Source: an uncultured Deinococcaceae bacterium
GTDB lineage: Bacteria > Deinococcota > Deinococci > Deinococcales > Deinococcaceae
Assembly (NCBI GenBank): GCA_964252075.1
Contig: CAXULY010000003.1
Span: forward strand, 1-64,000
Direction: 5' to 3'
Length of the DNA: 64,000 bases
The notes beneath the pieces are model-generated. The model was not told where the DNA came from and searched no databases. It saw nothing but the letters and a program-made list of their open reading frames with translations. This document shows, piece after piece, positions 57,962-64,000 of the stretch. Made by a program: the position numbers and the translations under genes. How positions within the stretch are numbered: the first letter of the stretch is position 1; each line of letters opens with the position of its first letter.

Positions 57962-58240
57962 TCAGTTCTTCTGGGGATGTTCGGGGTCGGTGGTCCGCGC
58001 GCTGCGTGCGGGCACGCCGGGCGGCACGTCGGCCGCGTCGAGGATCCGCACGGTGGTGCGTCCCTCGTGGCCGTGCACGAACTCCAGGTCGGACAGGCAG
58101 TCGTACAGGGCGCTGCTGTACGGCCACACCAGCCAGCGCATGGCGATGCGGCCGTCCGTGAAGATCACGCCCTCCGCGACGGTGCCGGTGCCACTGCTGC
58201 CGGAAACGTCTTCGGTGCGGACCAGGTGGAAGCGCTGCAG
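57962..58240 (-). CDS. Small conserved-looking phage protein (92 aa), possible CTG start
   Basis: RFHLVRTEDVSGSSGTGTVAEGV.F.DG....RW...HGH.G.T resembles a small phage protein family I recall. The ORF-track N-terminal 111 aa look non-coding. Confidence 0.6.
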   Translation of the reverse strand: MQRFHLVRTEDVSGSSGTGTVAEGVIFTDGRIAMRWLVWPYSSALYDCLSDLEFVHGHEGRTTVRILDAADVPPGVPARSARTTDPEHPQKN

Positions 58241-58241
58241 G

Positions 58242-58427
58242 TCAGACCACCCGCCACTGCAGGTTGATCCGGCCGCCCTGCCGCACGGCGCGGTAGCGGC
58301 GGCGTTCGCTGGACAGGACGTTCGGGTCGTCCTGCTGCTTGTTGAGGTGCCGGGCGACGGCGCGCGCCTCGCGGACGTCCGCGAGGATGTACGCGCGCGC
58401 CTGGTTCCAGATGCGGACTCGGGCCAT
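58242..58427 (-). CDS. Small basic hypothetical protein (61 aa), first late gene
   Basis: GGAGG RBS before ATG 58427. Confidence 0.65.
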   Translation of the reverse strand: MARVRIWNQARAYILADVREARAVARHLNKQQDDPNVLSSERRRYRAVRQGGRINLQWRVV

Positions 58428-58590
58428 GTGGACCTCCGTGAAATAGGGTTCTGCTGTTGTTCCCCGTGGGGAATGCTCCCGACCGTGCGGCGTCTGGGGT
58501 TCGGCGAACGTCCCTCAGGGATGGGGCGTGCGGGCACGGCGCCCTCGGCCTTCTCGCTTACGCTCAGCGCCATCTGGATCCGGGAGCATC

Positions 58591-58612
58591 AAAAAACCGC
58601 CGTCAGTGGCGG
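58591..58612 (-). terminator. Leader terminator of the late operon (tR'-like)
   Basis: Minus strand CCGCC-actgac-GGCGG-TTTTTT. Confidence 0.7.
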
Positions 58613-58726
58613 ACAACTTGCGCCGTTGCGGGCGCGTTTGTGCGCGGTGTGGGTCGCGCGGCCCAGCCAAATGAGCGGAGCGCGGCCTCCAGGGGGAGCC
58701 GCGCTCAACACTTCTTGACCATCTGC

Positions 58727-58755
58727 AGTTTAGGTGTCCTTCATGCAGAACTCAA
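58727..58755 (-). promoter_or_regulatory. Late promoter (pR'-like)
   Basis: TTGAGT(58755-50)-17nt-TAAACT(58732-27); the -35 overlaps the stop codon of the upstream gene. Confidence 0.7.
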
Positions 58756-59507
58756 GTGGTTTCATGGAGTTCCGCCAGCGTCGCGCCCGGCAGGACCTGG
58801 CAGGCGTCGAGCAGCGCGAAGGCACACTCACGCAGGTCACCCGAGCGGCGCGGCGCCAGCTGCACGCTCTTGCTGTGCGGACTCCACGCGAACAAGGCGG
58901 CGAGGCGCGGGCTGGAGAGGTAGTTGCTCCATGTGAGGGCGCGGACGGGCTGGCGGACGCGGCCGCTCTCCGCGAGGGTCGCGAGGCGCTCACTGATCAC
59001 GCGCAGCTCCTCGGCGCGCTGGTCGGAGGCCCGCACGTCGGCGCGCAGGCGGCGCTCCACGTCCTCGCGCCGCTCGGCGGGCTGCCCGGGCTTCTGCCCT
59101 GCCTTGCGCGGGGGCTTCTCGCCCTCGGCGCGCAGGCGGGCCAGTTGCGAGCGCAGCGCCTCGGTGGCCTTCAGGGCCGTGTAGCCCCACGCCTCCAGCA
59201 GCTGCTCGTAGTCCTTGCGGTACAGCAGCACCTCGTGCGTCAGGATGCCCAGCTGCGGCAGGCCCGGCACCCGCACCCGCAGGCGCTCCGGGTGGGACGT
59301 GCTGGCCGTGACCTTCAGGTCCACCACGTAGGCGGACTCCGTGTGCGGGCGGGTCGGGATGCTCTCCCAGTCGCGAACACCGTGCGCGAGACCCCACAGG
59401 GCCTCCACGAGGGCGTTCGCCCGCCAGCGCGCGAGGGCGCGCGGGTCGGGGGACAGGGCGGGGCCGGGCAGCGGCGGGGTGGGCGGTTCGGGCAAAGCGA
59501 GGGTCAT
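58752..59507 (-). CDS. Hypothetical protein in late-regulator (Q-like) position
   Basis: ATG 59507 coupled to the VRR-NUC gene; last gene before the late promoter; no motif recognised. Confidence 0.65.
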   Translation of the reverse strand: MTLALPEPPTPPLPGPALSPDPRALARWRANALVEALWGLAHGVRDWESIPTRPHTESAYVVDLKVTASTSHPERLRVRVPGLPQLGILTHEVLLYRKDYEQLLEAWGYTALKATEALRSQLARLRAEGEKPPRKAGQKPGQPAERREDVERRLRADVRASDQRAEELRVISERLATLAESGRVRQPVRALTWSNYLSSPRLAALFAWSPHSKSVQLAPRRSGDLRECAFALLDACQVLPGATLAELHETT

Positions 59508-59905
59508 GGGATCTCCAGGTGGCGCGCGAAGTACAGCGCCTCGTCGAGCGTCCACGCGCGGCCCACCGGGATTCCGGCGGCGCGCAGCTCGGCGTGGCGG
59601 GCGAGTTGTTCCGCCGTGGGGCCATTGCCGGGTTGCTTCAGTTCCAGCCAGGCGGTCAGGCCGGGCCGGAACACGTACAGGTCAGGGATGCCCTTGGTGG
59701 CGAAGACCGAGCCGCCGCGGGCGCTGCCCTTGAAGATCTCCCACACCGACCACCCGTCGGCGACCAGCTCGCGCTTCACCTGCGCCTGCAGCTCCGCCTC
59801 GCTGCTCGCGGGCGGCGCCGGCAACACAGCGGCCGCATCCTGCTGAAACAGGTGCGGGTGCTTGCGCCGGTAGTCCGCGAGTTGCTCGGGGGTCAATGTG
59901 GGCAT
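59504..59905 (-). CDS. VRR-NUC domain nuclease
   Basis: SEAELQ...KGIPDL...WLELKQPG..PTAEQ...H..L...G. Confidence 0.85.
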   Translation of the reverse strand: MPTLTPEQLADYRRKHPHLFQQDAAAVLPAPPASSEAELQAQVKRELVADGWSVWEIFKGSARGGSVFATKGIPDLYVFRPGLTAWLELKQPGNGPTAEQLARHAELRAAGIPVGRAWTLDEALYFARHLEIP

Positions 59906-60000
59906 CCTATGAACCTTGTTTTACGACATTCTTACTGACAGCTCACTTACAAAATACACGCCCGGTCTACGGGAAAAGCAGAATGGATATATTCGCGCGC

Positions 60001-60288
60001 TCAGCGGGCGGCGCGACGCTGACGGCGGGTGGTGTGCTTCCCACGCGCAGGCTTCACGGAAGGCTGCGCTTCGACGACCAGGCGGATGGACTGAGCCAGC
60101 AGCTGGGGGGTGAAGGCGTCCGGCACCGGCCCGGAACTCGCGACATCAATGGCGTGTCCCAATGACAAACCCGTGGTGTCGGCAAGGTGCAGGGCATAAG
60201 CGCGCTCACGCGGCGAAAGCAGCCGGAGGCGCACCTGATCCACCTCCGCCTGGCTCGCGATGGCCGCCAGGTCCTGCAGCGACCTCAC
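60001..60288 (-). CDS. Hypothetical phage protein
   Basis: GTGA coupling at 60288 (VRSLQDLAAI...). Confidence 0.55.
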   Translation of the reverse strand: MRSLQDLAAIASQAEVDQVRLRLLSPRERAYALHLADTTGLSLGHAIDVASSGPVPDAFTPQLLAQSIRLVVEAQPSVKPARGKHTTRRQRRAAR

Positions 60289-61643
60289 GCCTGCACCCGC
60301 TCGAACACGCCCCGGAAGTACACCAGCGTGTAATCCCGCCCGTTGTGCAGGTACACGCGCTCCCCCATCACGCCCTCCACCGTGACGATCTCGTCGCGGC
60401 TCACCCGCGACGCCCACCGCTCGCCCGGCACCGGCACGGGCAGCTCGCCACCCGCAACCGCACGGCCACGTTCGGCGGCGCCCTCCCCCACCGGCCGGAT
60501 GGCCGCCACGTCCGTGGGGTTCGCGCGCGACACGCGGCTCGTCGCGCCCTCCGCGTCCATCAGCTCGATGTGCCCGTCGAGCAGCTGGTGCACCCGGTAC
60601 CGCGCGCCCTTGTAGCGCACCGCCGCGCCCACGGCGAGCTCCGGCGGCGCGGCCCCGCCTGGTGCAGCGCCCGCCGAGGTCACCGCGGGCGGCGCTGCGT
60701 CACGCACCTCACCGTCCAGCAGGCGCCGCAACGCCGTCTGCAGCGTCACTTTGCCGTCCAGCACGCCCGCATCCTGCTGCGCTTGCCGCAAGAGGGTCAC
60801 CGCGCGCTCCAGCGGCACCTCCGGCCACTCCGCCCGCCGCACGTTCGCCGGCACCACCGCCCGCAGGTACCGCTCGTCGAGGACCTCGCCGAACACCGCC
60901 ATGAGCAGCTCCCGCGTCGAGCCGAACAGCGGCCGCGCGGCCGGAACCTTTCTGGAACCCTCGGCGGGATCGTCACCTCCCCGCCCGGCACGGGTATCGG
61001 ATACCTCAGGCGCTTTGGGGGCCTTGAGGGCCGCGTCAGCGGCCCCGCCGCGAGGCGCGCCCTGTCGTTTCGGCGCAGCCGTCTTCGGTGTGGGCGTGCG
61101 CGCTTCATTCGTCTCCCCATCCTTCCCAGTGACGTGCACACTCAGAGGTTCTTCTGATGGTTCCACTGACGGTTCCTGACGGTTAGGCGCGGCGGGAGCA
61201 GCGCCAGGCGCGGCCTCATCGCCTGTTTCGTCGCTGCATACTGCACCGTTTACCGCTGCATATTTCACCCCTTTGGTGTCGCGCTTTTCACCCTTTCCAG
61301 TCGCACTTTTCGCCTTTTCCAGCACCGCTAAAAGGTGCAGATTTTTCACCCTTTCCGCGTGGTGCTGCAATCGCTTCAGACTGGCGGGCGGCAGCACGTA
61401 GTACCCGCTGGCCTTCCCCCGGCCCGGGCGCGCCTCAATCACCAGCTCGCCGGCCGCCACCTGGTCCTGCAAGATCCCCTGCACGGCCCGCTCGCTCAGC
61501 AGGCACTTCTCCGCGATCGACGGCACCAGCGGGTAGCAGTACCCCTGATCATCCGCCCAGTCCGCGAGGGCCAGCATCACCAGCCGGGCGCTGTTCTTCG
61601 ACAGGGAGGACTCCCACACCTCCGTCATGATCTTGATGCTCAC
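60285..61643 (-). CDS. Phage replication initiator (N-terminal winged HTH)
   Basis: MSIKIMTEVWE...RLVMLALADWADDQGYCYP.V.SIA.KC.LSERAVQ; iteron repeats within the gene. Confidence 0.8.
   Translation of the reverse strand: MSIKIMTEVWESSLSKNSARLVMLALADWADDQGYCYPLVPSIAEKCLLSERAVQGILQDQVAAGELVIEARPGRGKASGYYVLPPASLKRLQHHAERVKNLHLLAVLEKAKSATGKGEKRDTKGVKYAAVNGAVCSDETGDEAAPGAAPAAPNRQEPSVEPSEEPLSVHVTGKDGETNEARTPTPKTAAPKRQGAPRGGAADAALKAPKAPEVSDTRAGRGGDDPAEGSRKVPAARPLFGSTRELLMAVFGEVLDERYLRAVVPANVRRAEWPEVPLERAVTLLRQAQQDAGVLDGKVTLQTALRRLLDGEVRDAAPPAVTSAGAAPGGAAPPELAVGAAVRYKGARYRVHQLLDGHIELMDAEGATSRVSRANPTDVAAIRPVGEGAAERGRAVAGGELPVPVPGERWASRVSRDEIVTVEGVMGERVYLHNGRDYTLVYFRGVFERVQA
61263..61356. repeat. Iteron-like direct repeats (phage origin)
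   Basis: TTTTCACCCTTTCC at 61285 and 61343, TTTTCGCCTTTTCC at 61307, TTTCACCCCTTT at 61263; 22-bp tandem at 61278-61321. Confidence 0.75.
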
Positions 61644-61957
61644 CGCGGCGCCCCTTGCGGCTGCGCGGCGAGCCGCGCGCGCGTCGCGGGCGGCCGCACG
61701 ATGTAAGAACGCGCGCGCAGCGGCCCGGCGTCCGTCGCGGGGTGAAGCTCAATGAGCAGTTCACCGGCCGTCACGAGGTCATCCAGGGCGCGGCGCACGC
61801 GCCGCTGGCTGAGGTTCGTCAGCCCGGCGATCAGCACGATGGATGGAAAGCAGCGCCCGGACTCGTCCGCGAAGACCGCGAGGGCCAGCAGGACGAGGAG
61901 CGCCGTCCCCTTGCTTGCGGAGGACTCGAAGGCCTCCGAATGGATTCTGTAGCTCAT
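61640..61957 (-). CDS. Stand-alone winged-HTH protein paralogous to the initiator N-terminus
   Basis: MSYRIHSEAFESS...LLVLLALAVFADESGRCFPS...LSQRRV....DLV.AGEL.IE. Confidence 0.75.
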   Translation of the reverse strand: MSYRIHSEAFESSASKGTALLVLLALAVFADESGRCFPSIVLIAGLTNLSQRRVRRALDDLVTAGELLIELHPATDAGPLRARSYIVRPPATRARLAAQPQGAPR

Positions 61958-62478
61958 GGGTGTGGCCCTTCCTGATGGTGTGGGGTGAGGCAGCGGGCGC
62001 GCAGCAGCTCCGCGTGCAGGGAATCGAGATCCAGGGCCTTCAGTCCCTCCCGGCGCGCCGCCGCCACCTGCGGCAGCGCCCAGAAGGCACCCCGTCGCGC
62101 GTCGAGCGCGAGCAGTTCTTCGGTGACCTGATGGCGGTCGAAGGGCGGCAGGCCGTCCGGACGCGCCAGGGGTGGCGGGGGCGCGCGCCACTCCAGCAGC
62201 AGCGCCGCGGGGCGCCCCGCACGCTGGCCCGTCCACACGTGCGGTCGCACATCGATGTCCGACCAGCCCAGGTGACGGGCGCAGGCCTGCGCGACACTCA
62301 CCGCCGGCGTCACGTCCTCACGCCACAGCAGCAGGCGCGGCGGATCCGGCGAGCACCGCACCGCCAGTCCGAACTCCGTCACCAGACTGCCGGGCTGACC
62401 GGTGCCCCTGGCGGCCGCCACGAGGTCCCGCAGCCGCTGCCCAAAGGGCACCCCGCCGCCGGGCTCCGGCGCGCTCAC
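61954..62478 (-). CDS. Hypothetical phage protein
   Basis: GTGA coupling at 62478 and ATGA coupling at its 3' end. Confidence 0.5.
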   Translation of the reverse strand: MSAPEPGGGVPFGQRLRDLVAAARGTGQPGSLVTEFGLAVRCSPDPPRLLLWREDVTPAVSVAQACARHLGWSDIDVRPHVWTGQRAGRPAALLLEWRAPPPPLARPDGLPPFDRHQVTEELLALDARRGAFWALPQVAAARREGLKALDLDSLHAELLRARCLTPHHQEGPHP

Positions 62479-62708
62479 GCCCGCCGCCCTTTCGCGGTCA
62501 GCTCGAAGCGGCTGGGCGGCGTGTGGGCCTGCTGGATCAACCCGTCGCGCTCCAGCTCCAGGCAGGCCGAGCGGTGCACGAAGCGGCCCCGGAGGTACCA
62601 ACGGCCCGTGCTGGCGTCGAGGTTCAGGGGCGCCCCCCCACGCAGGGCGCGCAGCAGGTCCTCGCGCGTCACTCGAGCGGCGCCGCGCCTCCCAGCGGTC
62701 GCTGTCAC
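62475..62708 (-). CDS. Small hypothetical phage protein
   Basis: GTGA coupling at 62708; 'LERDGLI....RFELTAKGR' wing-like end. Confidence 0.5.
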   Translation of the reverse strand: MTATAGRRGAARVTREDLLRALRGGAPLNLDASTGRWYLRGRFVHRSACLELERDGLIQQAHTPPSRFELTAKGRRA

Positions 62709-62992
62709 GGCGCGCCCCCGTCCACCTGCACGCCGCCCACATAGCCCGCCGTCAGGCGCGCGAGGGCCGCACGCCGCTCGGGCGGCAACCGGTGAACGAA
62801 TGCAGGCCAGCCCTCCAGCTGCGTCATGCGCGCCACCGTGTTCACCGGCCGCCCCGTGACTTCGGCGATCAGCAGCTCGGCGTACTGGGCGACTTCCAGC
62901 GTGAGCCCGAAATGCACCCCGCCACGGCTGCGGTCCAGGGCGCTCAACACGAACTCCAGGACCTCCACCAGCTGGTGCTCGCGCCCCATCAC
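62705..62992 (-). CDS. Hypothetical phage protein
   Basis: GGAGG RBS and GTGA coupling. Confidence 0.55.
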   Translation of the reverse strand: MMGREHQLVEVLEFVLSALDRSRGGVHFGLTLEVAQYAELLIAEVTGRPVNTVARMTQLEGWPAFVHRLPPERRAALARLTAGYVGGVQVDGGAP

Positions 62993-63201
62993 GCGAAGAC
63001 CTCCATGAACGCCGCATCAATCGCCTCCGCGGGCACGCAGATCTTGCGCCCGGCGTCCCTGAGCGACCAGTAGTTGATCTTCGCGGCGCACGTGGGGCAG
63101 TACCACGCGTCCATCGCGGTGTTGAAGAACGTCGCGCCCGGCCGCTGGCAGGCCGCCCTGTTGCAGAGGCCGTCCCGCTGGCCCTTTTTGTCGGGTGTCA
63201 A
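62989..63201 (-). CDS. Small Cys-rich (Zn-finger-like) phage protein
   Basis: CNRAAC...WYCPTCA; TTG start in a TTGA overlap after GGAGG. Confidence 0.65.
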   Translation of the reverse strand: MTPDKKGQRDGLCNRAACQRPGATFFNTAMDAWYCPTCAAKINYWSLRDAGRKICVPAEAIDAAFMEVFA

Positions 63202-63488
63202 GCGTCCACCTCCCCCTGAGTCGGCTCCACCCGAAAGTTCTTCTCACCGCACAGCGGGCAGTAGTACACCCACGCAAACGGCTGGCCCTTGCGTCGAGAG
63301 CGCAGCATCGGCACTAGGCTGAGGCCGCCCGTCTCGTGGTTCATGGCCTGTCCCCACTCGATCAGTCCGGCCTTCACCAGCTGGTCCGCGTGCCCGCACA
63401 TCTCACTTGGCGCCAGCCACACAGCCTTCACGATTTCGAGCTGATCTGGTGCTGTCGCTTCTTCAGCGTGTTGATCCGCCCCAGTCAC
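63198..63488 (-). CDS. Small phage protein with CPLCG motif
   Basis: MCGH...YYCPLCG; GTGA coupling. Confidence 0.55.
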   Translation of the reverse strand: MTGADQHAEEATAPDQLEIVKAVWLAPSEMCGHADQLVKAGLIEWGQAMNHETGGLSLVPMLRSRRKGQPFAWVYYCPLCGEKNFRVEPTQGEVDA

Positions 63489-63892
63489 GCGCCCTCACCC
63501 GCACCTTCGCGTGCTTCCACAGCGTCGCGCATCGCGTCCAGCTCCGCCTGCACCGCCGCGCGCCACTCCGCGCCGTGCACGCGCGCAAGGTTCAGGAGGT
63601 GTTCCAGCGCCCAGGCGCACTCAATTTCCATGCGCTTCGGGATCTCGTGGCCACCCACGCGGTACGCGCCCGCGAGGTTCACCCACCACATCCAGCCCAG
63701 CTTCAGCACCTCGCGCTCCGCCGCGCTCACGGCCTCCAGGCGCGGCACCTGGGTGCGCAACTCCTCCAGCTCCGTCAGTGCGTCGTCGATCAGCAGGTCG
63801 TCGTCATCCGCCCGGGCGGGAATGTGAACCCTGCCCCGGCCCTGAACGAACCGCTGGAGCGCAATCCGCGCCTCCTTCAAATCCACACTCAC
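63485..63892 (-). CDS. Hypothetical phage protein
   Basis: GGAGG RBS and GTGA coupling; 135 aa. Confidence 0.6.
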   Translation of the reverse strand: MSVDLKEARIALQRFVQGRGRVHIPARADDDDLLIDDALTELEELRTQVPRLEAVSAAEREVLKLGWMWWVNLAGAYRVGGHEIPKRMEIECAWALEHLLNLARVHGAEWRAAVQAELDAMRDAVEAREGAGEGA

Positions 63893-64000
63893 GCTGTCCT
63901 CCCCTGTTCCGCCGGCTCACCCACGGGCTGCCCGAGCGGCGACTCGACGGGCTTGGGTGGAGGCGGGCCGCGCTTCACCAGCACCTGGAACGCCACCTCC

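Larger units (their letters stand above)
28585..64000. mobile_element. Siphovirus-type prophage integrated at tRNA-Arg(CCT); continues beyond right edge
   Basis: att fragment followed by lysis, tail, tape measure, capsid, portal, terminase and replication genes in canonical order on the minus strand. No sheath gene seen; integrase not in window. Confidence 0.92.

Noticed and set aside
58241..58573. ORF-track N-terminal extension of the 57962 gene
   Set aside because: Overlaps the RBS-supported 61-aa gene and the structured leader; composition looks non-coding.
58473..58589. Hammerhead or other self-cleaving ribozyme in the late leader
   Set aside because: The CUGANGA/GAAA core is not present in the needed arrangement; kept only as a generic structured-RNA candidate.
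59906..59995. AT-rich gap with TTAC/GACA words as a radiation-desiccation response motif or operator
   Set aside because: No 17-bp TTA(C/T)G-N7-CGTAA-type palindrome; repeats are short and irregularly spaced. A promoter is possible but cannot be placed.

Overview
High-GC bacterial chromosome segment; gene content and leaderless promoters suggest Deinococcus, which is an inference. It has two parts. (1) Positions 1-28.5 kb are a Wzy-type surface polysaccharide locus: RmlA-like nucleotidyltransferase, degenerate Wzc-like co-polymerase, WbaP/WcaJ-like priming transferase, three GT4 glycosyltransferases and a Wzy/O-antigen-ligase-family protein. Interleaved with these are a SARP/AAA regulator, a secreted WD40 protein, a secreted beta-helix-like protein and five large lipoproteins carrying eight NPCBM/NEW2 modules. 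The lipoproteins combine these modules with shuffled kelch, malectin, FN3, Ig-like and GSDH-like domains and share a post-lipobox peptide motif. (2) From about 28585 to beyond the right edge lies a siphovirus-type prophage integrated in a tRNA-Arg(CCT) gene, whose displaced 3' half and terminator sit at 28556-28631. It contains an operator-controlled divergent promoter switch, two low-GC morons, an expanded lysis cassette, tail, head and packaging genes, a -1 frameshift site with a 14-bp stem, a lambda Q/pR'/tR'-like late control region, and a replication initiator with internal iterons. At least two of its genes appear to start at CTG. All product calls come from motif reading and gene order; no database searches were run.
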